Below, in pieces: positions 8,665 to 18,995 of a stretch of DNA of 64,000 bases. Under the pieces are notes generated by a model that saw only the letters and a list, made by a program, of their open reading frames with translations, was not told the origin of the DNA and searched no databases. A program made the position numbers and the translations under genes. Origin of the DNA: an uncultured Eubacteriales bacterium (GTDB taxonomy: Bacteria > Bacillota > Clostridia > Acetivibrionales > CAVYEU01); contig CAVYEU010000095.1 of assembly GCA_963767415.1 (NCBI GenBank), positions 2,959 to 66,958 on the forward strand. The letters run 5' to 3'. Each line of letters begins with the position of its first letter. Within the stretch, counting starts at the first letter, position 1.

Positions 8665-11600
8665 TCAGTTAATGTATATTTTCCCTGATTCAGATTCCTT
8701 ATTTGAGTTAAAATTATTAAATGTCACAGACAAGAAAAGTTTCAATCTATTTAATTGATTTACCTCGCTTGCGCCTGGATCATAGTCAATTGCAGTTATA
8801 TTTACGTTTGGATATTTTTCTTTTATCTTATTAAACATACCTCTTCCAGTTATATGATTTGGCATGCAAGAAAATGGCTGCATGCAGATTATATTATTTA
8901 TACCCTCTTCTAGAAATTCAACAACCTCAGCTGTTAGACACCATCCCTCTCCATAAGAATTGCATGTAGATAAGATATCAGATATATAGCCAGCCAAATC
9001 GGATATCTTATGGATATTGCGAAATCTTGAACTTCTGTTTAACTCTAGCATAATTGGTTTCATAAAATACTCTATGACTTTAATAATAGTATTTCCTAAA
9101 ATAAGATCCTTCTTTGCTCCACGAAGTTGCTTGAAATCTTGTATGCTAGAATAGGCACAATAGAGGAAAAAGTAAATGAACTCTGGCACCACAACTTCAA
9201 CACCTTCATTTTCTAAAAACTCAATTATTCTATTGTTTGCGGCAGTATTATATTTCAAATAAATCTCTCCAGTAACTCCAACTACAGGTTTTTTGATCTT
9301 TATGTACTCAAGAGCCTCAAAATCAAGGATTATTTGTTTTATATTCAGTTTAAAATATCTAAAACTTTCTTTACTTTCTAAATCATTACAGCATTTCTTT
9401 ATCCACTTATCCAAGAGTTCATTCGTAGATCCTTTTATTTTTTCATATGGACGAACAGCAAGTGATAAACGCATTAATAGATCCCCATATAGGAAAGCCA
9501 TGATACACCTAATCACAAGTTTAATGGTTATCTTAAATCCGGGGTTCTTTTCTAAACCTGAAAAACTGATTGGGAAGACAGGAACTTCGTCATAACCTGC
9601 ATCAAATAAAGCTTTTCTTACAGTTCCAGTATAATTTGTAAATCTGCACCCCCCGCCAGATTGATAAAACATAATTGAGGTATTATGTAAATCATATTTT
9701 TTTGATTTTAGTGCAGTTAATATTTGACCAACTATAATTATAGCTGGTAAGCAAAGATCATTATTAACATACTTTAAACCCTCATCCAAAACTTCTCTAT
9801 CTGTATTTTGCAATAGCTCAACATTATAATTAGAGTTCTTTAAAACTGAAGCCAAAAGCCTAAAATGTATTGGAGCCATTTCTGGAATCAGAATTGTATG
9901 CGATTTTTTCATTTCTTTTGTAAATCTTATTATCTTTCTTGGCTTTTTTGGGTCTTCTAATATATCTTCATTTCTATTTTTATCATTGATTACTGCCTTT
10001 AATGATCGTATTCGTATTTTGATAGCACCCAAGTTTTTTATCTCATCAATCTTTATAATAGTGTAAATCTTATTCTTGCTTGTTAAGATTTCTTTTGCCT
10101 GCTCAGAAGTAATCGCGTCAAGCCCACAACCAAAAGAGGTTAACTGAATAAGGTCAAGATCTTTCATATCTCTTACAAAGCTTGCTGCAGCATATAACCT
10201 GGAATGGTACATCCATTGGTCAATAAATAACGTTGGTCTATCAACCTTAGCTAAATGGCTTACCGAATCTTCGGTGAGAACCGCTGAACCCAATGATTTT
10301 ATGAGGCTTGGTATTCCTTGATGTATTTCAGGATCAAGGTGATACGGCCTGCCACTAAGCACAATCCCTGACTTTCCAGTAATTCGTAAGTAATCTAAAA
10401 CCCTTTCACCTTCTTGTCTTATTTCAGCTTTAAACCTGCTACTCTCTAAAAAAGCTGATTCTACTGCATTACTAACCTCTTTTTGAGACACTCCAAATCT
10501 ATTAAGTGTATTATAAAGATTTTCTATTAGCTTTTTAATATTAGTAAAGGAAAGAAACGGATTTAAATATAGAACCCCTTCTTGATTCATCAAATCTATA
10601 TTATTTTTTATAACCTCTGGATAACATGCTACCATTGAACAGTTATAATTGTTACTTGCTTCGTCGAACTCTTTTACTTCATAAGGTACGCACGGATAGA
10701 ATATAGTTTTAATTCCTTTTCTTACAAGGGAAATTATATGCCCATGGGCAAGTTTGACAGGGTAGCATACTGTATCTGATGGGATTGTCTCAATCCCTAG
10801 TTCATATATTTCTTTTGAAGAATCTGGCGAGAGTTCTACTCTAAATTTTAAGTATGTAAAAAAAGTATACCAAAACGGATAATTCTCATACATATTTAGA
10901 ACCCTTGGGATACCTATTATCCCTCTTATTCCCTCATCATTTGAAAGTGGTATATATGAAAAAAGTCTTTTTAATTTGTACTCATAAAGATTAGGAACCT
11001 CATTCGATTCTTTATTGATTGATTCTCCTCTTTCACACTTATTACCAAAAATTAATTTATTCTTGCCATGTAAGTTCATAATGGTAAGTAAACATCGATT
11101 GTTACATCTTGAACACCTTGTATTTTCAGTTGAATATGAAAAATTTGATAATTCATTCTTCGATATTAAAGTCGAGGGACACCCGTCCTTGTATTGTTCC
11201 TTAGCTAGTATGGCAGCTCCAAAGGCACCCATTAAACCTGATATATCTGGTCTGATCACATCTTTGCCTGATATAAGCTCAAAACACCTTAATACTGCAT
11301 TATTATAAAAAGTTCCTCCTTGAACGATAACTCGTTCGCCTATTTCATCAGAATTTCTTAGTCTTATTACCTTATTTAGTGCATTTTTAATAACAGAGTA
11401 CGATAGCCCTGCTGAAATATCTCCGATTGTTGCTCCATCTTTTTGAGCTTGTTTAACTTTAGAGTTCATAAAAACTGTGCACCTTGTCCCTAAGTCAATA
11501 GGACTTTTAGCAAATAATGATTTTTCAACAAATTCTTCCAAATCTATGTTTAATGAGTTTGAAAATGTCTGTAAGAATGAACCACAACCAGATGAGCATG

Positions 11601-12930
11601 CTTCATTAATTATAATATTTTGAATATGCCCGTTCTTTATTTTGATACACTTCATATCTTGTCCACCAATATCTAATATGAACTCAACATCTGGTAGAAA
11701 ATATTTGGCCGCCTTATAATGGGCTATTGTTTCAACTTCTCCTATATCAAAACCTAATGCTTTCTTTAAAAGATTTTCTCCATACCCAATAATTGCCGAG
11801 TGTACTATTTTTGTGCCATCTTTAATAGAGTCATAAACTTTTTTTAATATATTTACAGTTATCTCTAATGGTGTACCCTCGTTCACTTTATATATTGAAT
11901 AAAGAATGTTATTATTAGAATCAATGAGAATTGCCTTAGTTGTTGTCGATCCAGCATCTATACCTAAAAAGCAGTTGCCAGAATAGTCTTTTAGGTTCAC
12001 TCTTGGAGTTCTATGCTCATTATGCCTTAAGATGAACTTATCATATTCATTTTGATCCTTGAACAAGGGTGCAAGGTATACTTTAGGATCATCTTTATTA
12101 TTTTGTATTTTTGAAATATTTTTTAATATTAAATCTAGCGATACTGGGGAAAGCCCGACTGAAGATACTGCAGCCCCTATTGCTACAAACAGCTCAGAAG
12201 CACTGGGAATAATAACATTCTCTAGAGATAGATCAAGTGATTTAATAAATCTATTTCTAAGTTCTGATAAAAAGCTTAGTGGTCCTCCTAAAAAAGCGAC
12301 TTTACCTTTTATAGGCTTACCACAAGAAAGACCACCTAATATCTGGTTTACGACAGATTGAAAAATCGATGCTGCAATATTCTCTCTTGTTGCACCTTCA
12401 TTTATTAAAGCCTGAATATCTGTTTTTGCAAAGACACCACAACGGGCTGCGATTGGGTGTATTGTTGAAGAGTTCTTTGCAAGGAGGTTTAGCCCTCTTG
12501 CATCAGTTTTAAGTAGTGTTGCCATTTGATCAATAAAAGCTCCAGTGCCACCCGCACAAATACCATTCATTTTTAGGTCGATACTGTTTCCAAAGTAGAG
12601 TATTTTAGCATCTTCTCCCCCTAATTCAATTGCAACTTCAGTTTCAGGAATTCTCTTACTGATAGCAAGAGAACATGCGATTACCTCTTGTATATACTGA
12701 AGGTTTAATTCTTTTGAAATAGATATCCCACCTGAGCCTGTGACCGAGAAGCATATTGGAGAATCCTTGAATATAACTTTACATTCGCTTAGAATATCTA
12801 CTACAGTATTTCTTATATCAGAATAGTGACGTTTATATTTATGAAATAAAATATTAGAATTTTTATCCATTAACACGAATTTAACCGTTGTTGATCCGAT
12901 ATCTATACCACAGTACTTTAAATTACCCAT
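8665..12930 (-). CDS. large fused acyl-CoA dehydratase activase-related protein (two BadF/BadG/BcrA/BcrD-type ASKHA ATPase modules plus HgdB/DUF2229-like region)
   Basis: 1421 aa. Two actin-like ATPase starts (CGIDIGSTTVKFVLMD... and FLGIDAGSTTTKAILID...) and a Cys-rich HgdB-like C-terminal part, matching the ~1400-aa clostridial 'CoA-substrate-specific enzyme activase' fusions. Confidence 0.7.
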   Translation of the reverse strand: MGNLKYCGIDIGSTTVKFVLMDKNSNILFHKYKRHYSDIRNTVVDILSECKVIFKDSPICFSVTGSGGISISKELNLQYIQEVIACSLAISKRIPETEVAIELGGEDAKILYFGNSIDLKMNGICAGGTGAFIDQMATLLKTDARGLNLLAKNSSTIHPIAARCGVFAKTDIQALINEGATRENIAASIFQSVVNQILGGLSCGKPIKGKVAFLGGPLSFLSELRNRFIKSLDLSLENVIIPSASELFVAIGAAVSSVGLSPVSLDLILKNISKIQNNKDDPKVYLAPLFKDQNEYDKFILRHNEHRTPRVNLKDYSGNCFLGIDAGSTTTKAILIDSNNNILYSIYKVNEGTPLEITVNILKKVYDSIKDGTKIVHSAIIGYGENLLKKALGFDIGEVETIAHYKAAKYFLPDVEFILDIGGQDMKCIKIKNGHIQNIIINEACSSGCGSFLQTFSNSLNIDLEEFVEKSLFAKSPIDLGTRCTVFMNSKVKQAQKDGATIGDISAGLSYSVIKNALNKVIRLRNSDEIGERVIVQGGTFYNNAVLRCFELISGKDVIRPDISGLMGAFGAAILAKEQYKDGCPSTLISKNELSNFSYSTENTRCSRCNNRCLLTIMNLHGKNKLIFGNKCERGESINKESNEVPNLYEYKLKRLFSYIPLSNDEGIRGIIGIPRVLNMYENYPFWYTFFTYLKFRVELSPDSSKEIYELGIETIPSDTVCYPVKLAHGHIISLVRKGIKTIFYPCVPYEVKEFDEASNNYNCSMVACYPEVIKNNIDLMNQEGVLYLNPFLSFTNIKKLIENLYNTLNRFGVSQKEVSNAVESAFLESSRFKAEIRQEGERVLDYLRITGKSGIVLSGRPYHLDPEIHQGIPSLIKSLGSAVLTEDSVSHLAKVDRPTLFIDQWMYHSRLYAAASFVRDMKDLDLIQLTSFGCGLDAITSEQAKEILTSKNKIYTIIKIDEIKNLGAIKIRIRSLKAVINDKNRNEDILEDPKKPRKIIRFTKEMKKSHTILIPEMAPIHFRLLASVLKNSNYNVELLQNTDREVLDEGLKYVNNDLCLPAIIIVGQILTALKSKKYDLHNTSIMFYQSGGGCRFTNYTGTVRKALFDAGYDEVPVFPISFSGLEKNPGFKITIKLVIRCIMAFLYGDLLMRLSLAVRPYEKIKGSTNELLDKWIKKCCNDLESKESFRYFKLNIKQIILDFEALEYIKIKKPVVGVTGEIYLKYNTAANNRIIEFLENEGVEVVVPEFIYFFLYCAYSSIQDFKQLRGAKKDLILGNTIIKVIEYFMKPIMLELNRSSRFRNIHKISDLAGYISDILSTCNSYGEGWCLTAEVVEFLEEGINNIICMQPFSCMPNHITGRGMFNKIKEKYPNVNITAIDYDPGASEVNQLNRLKLFLSVTFNNFNSNKESESGKIYIN

Positions 12931-13014
12931 TAAAACAAAGCACCCTTCTATTTAATTTACTTGATGAAAGTATATCAAAAATAATTATATTTTGCAAAAG
13001 TACTTAGAAGTTGG

Positions 13015-13725
13015 CTATCTTAAAAAATAATGTTTGCCGATAACAGTTACAATGGATCTTGACCATATCCATCTATTTGTTGCAATATCTGGATTGAAAT
13101 AATATATACTACCGTATGTTGGATCCCACCCATTATAAGCATCCCTAGCTGCTCTTAATGACGTGCTATCAGGTTCTAGATCAATTTGTCCGTCTGACAC
13201 CGCTTCAAAAGCTCCAGGTTGGTATATGACCCCTGCGATTGTTTTCGGGAACCTGCTGTTACTAATCCTATTCATAACGACAGCGGCTATTGCAACTTGT
13301 CCAATAAATGGCTCGCCCCTTGCTTCGCCATGAACTAGATGAGCAAGCAAATTCATATTCCTTTCATATATTGAGCTACTTCTTGCTGTATATAAAGGCG
13401 AAGATGAGGATAACCCAAGAGCAGAAAAAGTCTCACTTCCAGCAACCCCATCGACTTTTAAACCATTTTGCCATTGAAACAGTCTGATCGCTTTAAATGT
13501 CTTATACCCGTAGTTACCATCGACTATACCGTTATAGTAGCCCCATTTATGCAGCTTATCTTGAATATCAATAACGTTCTGACCCCTAGAACCATAGTAC
13601 GAAAGTACAGATTTGCTAAAATTAAACAGATTTGTTGTTATATCATAAGCTTTTATATTTATTATAATAAATATAAAAGCTATAGCTAAAATTAAACAAG
13701 TTATTGCTATGAATCTTTTCTTCAT
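13015..13725 (-). CDS. sleB: spore cortex-lytic enzyme / cell-wall hydrolase (PG_binding_1 + SleB/CwlJ Hydrolase_2)
   Basis: Signal peptide, then a peptidoglycan-binding repeat (GNYGYKTFKAIRLFQWQNGLKVDGVAGSETF) and a SleB hydrolase domain (LLAHLVHGEARGEPFIGQVAIAAVVMNRI...YQPGAFE). Confidence 0.8.
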   Translation of the reverse strand: MKKRFIAITCLILAIAFIFIIINIKAYDITTNLFNFSKSVLSYYGSRGQNVIDIQDKLHKWGYYNGIVDGNYGYKTFKAIRLFQWQNGLKVDGVAGSETFSALGLSSSSPLYTARSSSIYERNMNLLAHLVHGEARGEPFIGQVAIAAVVMNRISNSRFPKTIAGVIYQPGAFEAVSDGQIDLEPDSTSLRAARDAYNGWDPTYGSIYYFNPDIATNRWIWSRSIVTVIGKHYFLR

Positions 13726-13809
13726 AATTTAAATCTCCTAATAAAAAAACATTATTATATTTTGTACGTTTTTTAATTTTTTATTAGGTATTAATAAAAA
13801 GATCAAAAT

Positions 13810-13841
13810 AAAAAGGACAGCTTTTTTAGACTGTCCTTTTT
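13810..13841 (-). terminator. rho-independent terminator downstream of the 13840..14229 gene
   Basis: AAAGGACAG-loop-CTGTCCTTT flanked by T/A runs. Confidence 0.6.
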
Positions 13842-14229
13842 ATTTTGTAAAAAACAATACTGCCAAAATGCCTAGTAAAACAATATCCATAGTGTCGCTC
13901 TCAAATAACAATATAACAATTAATATTAATAATATTATCTCTTCTATTGAAAAACTTTCGCCAAATAGTTTTTCTAATCCAAATAACTTCTCTCCTCCAA
14001 ATAGTTTCTCTAATCCAAATAAGTTCTCTAATCCAAATAGGTTAAGTGGTCTTGATGTCTGGTTTGCTTCTTTTCCTGCATAAAATATATCAGTGGTAGA
14101 TTCTATTTCATTTGGAAGCGGGATGTTACTTTTTGATTTACATACTTCAAAATTATTATTATAAAATCCTGATTTAGTATAATTCTTTTTGTAATCTTTA
14201 TTAAATTGCATATTTTTTTTATGATTCAT
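13840..14229 (-). CDS. small repeat protein with five LFGLE(K/N)LFG units and a C-terminal TM helix
   Basis: 129 aa. DNA carries a near-perfect 15-bp tandem repeat at about 13965-14045, encoding LFGLENLFGLEKLFGGEKLFGLEKLFGE. Hydrophobic C-terminus IILLILIVILLF. No known family. Confidence 0.4.
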   Translation of the reverse strand: MNHKKNMQFNKDYKKNYTKSGFYNNNFEVCKSKSNIPLPNEIESTTDIFYAGKEANQTSRPLNLFGLENLFGLEKLFGGEKLFGLEKLFGESFSIEEIILLILIVILLFESDTMDIVLLGILAVLFFTK

Positions 14230-14275
14230 CTATAATATCATCCTCCTAATTTAACAAAGTAAGTAGAACTTAATG

Positions 14276-14599
14276 TTACTTTTGAAGAAAATTTTTCAAT
14301 CTAGTTATGATCTCGCCTCCATTTTCTCCAAGCGCTTGAGCTAATTTATCAAAATCTGAACTGGTAAGTTTTCGACTCAGTTCTTCCTTATCAATTTTTA
14401 ATTCACCATCTTTGGAATTCTCTATTTCTGATATTTTACTTAATAGTTCATCTTTATCAATCTTGTTTATCTTTTTTGTGAGCTCATCAACATTACTTTT
14501 CTTTACCGTGTCTAACGCCTGTAATAATTTGGTTTTTATAACCTTATCATCCATTTTATCTAAAATTTCAGATAATTTTTTATTAAAAATATTACTCAT
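14276..14599 (-). CDS. hypothetical charged coiled-coil protein (107 aa)
   Basis: ORF with K/E/D-rich helical composition; no recognised domain. Confidence 0.35.
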   Translation of the reverse strand: MSNIFNKKLSEILDKMDDKVIKTKLLQALDTVKKSNVDELTKKINKIDKDELLSKISEIENSKDGELKIDKEELSRKLTSSDFDKLAQALGENGGEIITRLKNFLQK

Positions 14600-14733
14600 A
14601 AAATAATTTTCCTCTAAACTTTCATTTTTTTATTTGTAGCTATTTTTATTTAAAATAAATATTAAATATTACTATTATTATAAAATTTAGGATATAATCT
14701 CATAATGAAATTTGAAAAAGGAGATGGATTTTC

Positions 14734-15603
14734 ATGTTGTATGACGTAATCATTATTGGTAAAGGACCTGCAGGTATCTCTGCATCATTATACACATCAA
14801 GAGCAAAGCTTAATACTTTGATTTTAGCAAAAAACGACAGCGATTTAGTTAAAACTGATAAAATTGAGAATTACTATGGTTTTATTGAACCGATTAGTGG
14901 AAAGGATCTGCTAAATAGGGGTGCACAACAGGCTTTGAGACTTGGCGTTAGAATTAAGAACAGTGAAGTAATCTCGATTAAAAAAAATAATCATTTTGAA
15001 GTAAAAACTCCTGATTCCGAATATACTAGCAAATCAGTCTTGTTAGCAACAGGTCAACCACAATTAAAAGTAAAGATACCTAACATTAAGGATTACGAAG
15101 GCAAAGGAGTGTCTTACTGTTCTACCTGTGATGGCTTTTTCTATAACAACAAGAAAATCGGTGTCATTGGTTACAAAGACTATGCAATTCATGAAGCACT
15201 GGAATTAAAAACATTTTCACAAGATATTACAATACTTACTAACGGAAATGATCTTAAGATATCAGATAAATATAATGAAATAATTAAAGATTTTAAAATT
15301 AATACACATGCTATAGCAAATTTTGATGGAGATGAATTTTTAAGCGGAGTCAGATTTTTAGATGGTACTTATGAAACTTTAAATGGTGTTTTTATGGCAT
15401 ATGGTAGTGCTTCAAGCGCTGATTTCGCCAGAAAACTGGGTATTTTCACAAATGAGGACTCAATCATTATTGATAGCAAGCAAAGAACGAACTTTGAGGG
15501 TATATTTGCAGCGGGCGACTGTACTGGGGGCTTTAAGCAAATATCAGTATCTGTAGGTCAAGGAGCCATAGCCGGACGAGGTATAATAGAATATTTAAGG
15601 TGA
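14734..15603 (+). CDS. thioredoxin reductase-like flavoprotein (TrxB family; NADPH-binding GxGxxA motif not evident, possibly ferredoxin-dependent FFTR type)
   Basis: FAD-binding fold DVIIIGKGPAG and redox CxxC (YCSTCDGFF). The second dinucleotide motif reads VIGYKDYA instead of GGGNSA. Confidence 0.7.
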   Translation: MLYDVIIIGKGPAGISASLYTSRAKLNTLILAKNDSDLVKTDKIENYYGFIEPISGKDLLNRGAQQALRLGVRIKNSEVISIKKNNHFEVKTPDSEYTSKSVLLATGQPQLKVKIPNIKDYEGKGVSYCSTCDGFFYNNKKIGVIGYKDYAIHEALELKTFSQDITILTNGNDLKISDKYNEIIKDFKINTHAIANFDGDEFLSGVRFLDGTYETLNGVFMAYGSASSADFARKLGIFTNEDSIIIDSKQRTNFEGIFAAGDCTGGFKQISVSVGQGAIAGRGIIEYLR

Positions 15604-15717
15604 CATGACTAAAGAATTTATTTTTAGTTATATCTATAAATATTTTAAATTATATAGTATAATAGTGTTTAAGAAATATTGTAATATTGTATATAATTTT
15701 GGGAGGGATTTTAGAAA

Positions 15718-16689
15718 ATGGCACAAAGTAGTATTAGCAAAACAAGAGAAATGACCAACTATGAAGAAATATCTGAACGAGATTTAATTATGAAATTTAA
15801 TGAATTTGATTCTCAAAAAACAAATGAAAGTGATTTACTTGAAATGGTTAAGCTGTTATTTAGAGATGGAAAGCAGATAACTAATTCTATTCTTTTATCT
15901 CTAGCATGTAGGCATAATTATATAGAATTGGCTGAATTGTTATTTATTAGTATCAGTAATAACAAAGATTTTAACATTGACAAAATCTTATGGGATGCCT
16001 TACTCAAAAAGAATAAAACTTTGGCTGATTTTCTGATTGCACACGGAGCAAATTTTAATCTAGTAGATGTTGTTAACCCAAACTATTTGATTAGTGATAA
16101 TAATGGCATTGAATTTGATGAATCAGACCAACAGACTGAAATGAAACAGACTATATATAAAACAATAATGCGCTATGTAGATAATATCAATAGCTGTGAG
16201 CTGTTGACTGATGAAGAAACAAAAAGGGAATTTTTTTCTATTATTGAGAATAATATTATAAATCCTATTATGCAAATTGATAATTTAAAAGCTTTGGAGC
16301 AGAGATTAATTCTTGCTTCAATTATCCAAATCAATGACAAAGATTTATTTTATTGTCAATTAGATAATGAAATAAGAATAAGACCAGAACTGGATAGTCC
16401 ACTAAAATGTATTAGAAACCTAAATAATATTTTGGGAAATATGATCAATAAATATAAAAAATCTTCTAGCTTATATGGCGTATCCAATATTTATGAAAGA
16501 CCATCTAAAGTTTATACCCTACAAAATTTATCTGGTTCTTATGTACCAGTTTCTCCTTTATCACCTGTTACAGCAGATGTTCCCCTTACAAGGTCTCCAT
16601 CTACAATAGAACAAAATAGTCAATGGTTTATTCATAAGTCTAAATCGGGAAATCAAAGATTATTCATTCCTAAACAAAATAGTATATAA
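15718..16689 (+). CDS. hypothetical protein with ankyrin-like repeats and an S/P-rich C-terminus
   Basis: 323 aa; LLxxGAN-type repeats (ADFLIAHGANFNLVDV); no catalytic motif. Confidence 0.4.
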   Translation: MAQSSISKTREMTNYEEISERDLIMKFNEFDSQKTNESDLLEMVKLLFRDGKQITNSILLSLACRHNYIELAELLFISISNNKDFNIDKILWDALLKKNKTLADFLIAHGANFNLVDVVNPNYLISDNNGIEFDESDQQTEMKQTIYKTIMRYVDNINSCELLTDEETKREFFSIIENNIINPIMQIDNLKALEQRLILASIIQINDKDLFYCQLDNEIRIRPELDSPLKCIRNLNNILGNMINKYKKSSSLYGVSNIYERPSKVYTLQNLSGSYVPVSPLSPVTADVPLTRSPSTIEQNSQWFIHKSKSGNQRLFIPKQNSI

Positions 16690-16691
16690 AT

Positions 16692-16740
16692 AAAACACCT
16701 CGCATACAATATACAAATATTGTATGCGAGGTGTTTTATT
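16692..16740 (+). terminator. rho-independent terminator after the 15718..16689 gene
   Basis: AAAACACCTCGCATACAATAT-loop-ATTGTATGCGAGGTGTTTT followed by a T-run. The GAGGTG in the 3' arm may double as the RBS for the next gene. Confidence 0.65.
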
Positions 16741-17409
16741 TTGAAAAAAGACATTATGTTTTTATTGATATTTATTTTTGGAATAAATATTTTAAGCGGA
16801 TGTAGTTTAATAGAAAGCGTCAGTCTCAAAAAGAATGCTGAAACCCAAGCTTTCCCTGTAAGCAGTACGGCTTTGAGTGAGAGTGAAGCTCAAAAGCGAA
16901 CTGACAAAGTTCCTATACATCTTTATTTCGCAAATGGAGATAATTCAAAGTTAAAGCTTGAAATCCGGTATATTCCTGTTGAGGAGGCGAAAAAAAGTGT
17001 AAACAATCTTGCTTCCATTGTATTAAAGGAATTAATAAAAGGACCCAAGCCAGGTGGCGGATTAAGATCAACAATACCTGTAGATACCAAACTGATTTCT
17101 TCAATCTCAATAGATGGGGGAATATCTTCTGTTAATCTTTCAAACGATTTTATAAAAAACCATGCAGGAGGTAAAGCCGAAGAAGAATTAACCTTATATT
17201 CAATTGTAAATTCATTAACAGAACTAAAAGAAATTCAAAAAGTAAAATTTTTTATCGAGGGCAAACAACAAAGAGACTTTAAAGGGAATTTTAAATTCAA
17301 TGCATTGTTCCCTAGAAATAGCTCTCTAATAAGTAAAGAAATCGAATCACTAAGTCCAAACGAAAGATCTACTGTAGGCACAAGCAAAACTGAAGATTAT
17401 CTTGAATAA
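16741..17409 (+). CDS. GerMN-domain lipoprotein (sporulation/germination GerM-like)
   Basis: Lipoprotein signal with lipobox (MKKDIMFLLIFIFGINILSGC from a TTG start, or MFLL.. from the ATG at 16756), then a GerMN-like domain (VPIHLYFANGD...KFFIEGKQQRDFKG). Confidence 0.65.
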   Translation: MKKDIMFLLIFIFGINILSGCSLIESVSLKKNAETQAFPVSSTALSESEAQKRTDKVPIHLYFANGDNSKLKLEIRYIPVEEAKKSVNNLASIVLKELIKGPKPGGGLRSTIPVDTKLISSISIDGGISSVNLSNDFIKNHAGGKAEEELTLYSIVNSLTELKEIQKVKFFIEGKQQRDFKGNFKFNALFPRNSSLISKEIESLSPNERSTVGTSKTEDYLE

Positions 17410-17496
17410 TAATATACTAAGGGGACGAAAATATTGACAATATCTTCGTCCCCTTAGTATATTATTATCGTCTTATTATTTCAACGGCTTCTTAAT

Positions 17497-18120
17497 TTAC
17501 TCTTCTACAGATATATTAAATTCCTTTGTATCTCCAGCTGTTTGGGGTCCTTCCCAAGGACGATAATATTTAAATGTTATTTTAGTTGTTCCCGTTTTTA
17601 TTGGTTTAAAGTTCCATATATAATTCCGTGGTGATCCTACTAAATTTAAGTCTTGTGACTCAAAACTCTTTGAGTCTAATTCGATTACGTCTTGGTCTGA
17701 AATTGTATAGTTCCACGTATATCCTGTAGTTGCATTTCCTTTTAATTTAACTGTTCCGATACTATTTAGTTTTATCTTATTTTCTTCATCTCCGCTCTCT
17801 AAAATGGCTACATTTTCTTCATTGTTTTTAGAAGTAATATTAATAGTGCTTGTTTTATCATCCCAAGTAACAGCAAGTCCAAGCTTTTCACATAATGGAG
17901 CTAGCGGAACAAACGCTCGACCGCTGTACATTAAAGTAGGAATGTTATATCCTTCAGTAGTGTTAAATTTTGTCACAACACCATCAAATGCAAGCTTGAC
18001 ATCAGAATTAATGGCACAGCTCACTCCTTTAAGATTGGCTACTCCAACTACTGTAGCACAAGTAATGACAGTAATTATTACCAGAATTAGTATTAATGCA
18101 GTTTTCCCCTTAAGAATCAT
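17497..18120 (-). CDS. secreted protein with Cu-amine-oxidase-N-like stalk domain and chagasin-family (Inhibitor_I42) protease-inhibitor domain
   Basis: Signal peptide; stalk segment AFVPLAPLCEKLGLAVTWDDKTSTINI; Inhibitor_I42 signature GNATTGYTWNYT... Confidence 0.55.
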   Translation of the reverse strand: MILKGKTALILILVIITVITCATVVGVANLKGVSCAINSDVKLAFDGVVTKFNTTEGYNIPTLMYSGRAFVPLAPLCEKLGLAVTWDDKTSTINITSKNNEENVAILESGDEENKIKLNSIGTVKLKGNATTGYTWNYTISDQDVIELDSKSFESQDLNLVGSPRNYIWNFKPIKTGTTKITFKYYRPWEGPQTAGDTKEFNISVEE

Positions 18121-18226
18121 TTAACCCACCTTCCTTATCTTTTGAATTTTAATTAATTGCTTTTCTATTTTATTATACGAAAAATACTATCAATTAACAA
18201 ATTTATTGTTTAGCTGTTCCTAAGAC

Positions 18227-18859
18227 TTAAAGCATTATTGGTTGCGATTTTTCTTGATTTAAATCGTTCTGTAAACGTTGTTTTATAATACAAGTATCAC
18301 ACTGAATTACTATATGGCGATTTTTCTTTTCTGTACAAACACTAAATCCATTTATACCTATATTAATATTACATAAACTAAGAAAATGAATAATAGCTGT
18401 AAAAATATGTCCCAATAAGTTTACAAAATTTTTAGTACTAAACCTTTCCGTTTGAAAAAAAGTACAGCCTTCCTTTGTTTTACCAATTAATATGGTTCCA
18501 AATTTGAAATCTATACCATATTGATCATATTTACTATCTCTAAAATGGGTTGAAGTTCTCTTATAAGCTAAACCAGATCTTATTAATGTTTCATATATGA
18601 TTCCATCATCTTTTTGAAATACAAACATCGCACCCTTATAAAATGATGAAAGTGATTTTATTGGATCTAATTTTGATGCTAATTGTATAGATTTTTCAAA
18701 TTTATCTAAAATTTGTTTTTCATATAAGCTTGTTTTGATATTGAAATTTTTGGGTCTTATTTTGTTTTCTTTACATAAAATTTCTGGATTCGTGACTTTC
18801 TTATGCAAAATTTTTATAGGTATAATTTTTTCATTTAAGATTTTTTCATTTAAATACAT
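18227..18859 (-). CDS. hypothetical protein (210 aa, Cys-rich C-terminus)
   Basis: ORF only; no family recognised by eye. Confidence 0.4.
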   Translation of the reverse strand: MYLNEKILNEKIIPIKILHKKVTNPEILCKENKIRPKNFNIKTSLYEKQILDKFEKSIQLASKLDPIKSLSSFYKGAMFVFQKDDGIIYETLIRSGLAYKRTSTHFRDSKYDQYGIDFKFGTILIGKTKEGCTFFQTERFSTKNFVNLLGHIFTAIIHFLSLCNINIGINGFSVCTEKKNRHIVIQCDTCIIKQRLQNDLNQEKSQPIML

Positions 18860-18995
18860 TTTACATCGTGCTCCTTCTTACTTATCTTTGCTTTTTTAAT
18901 GAATAATTAATTTGAATATAATGTTAGACATATTACTTTTAAAGTCTAAATAAATTATATAATAGAATATAATAAGTGTCAACTTAATTTACAGT

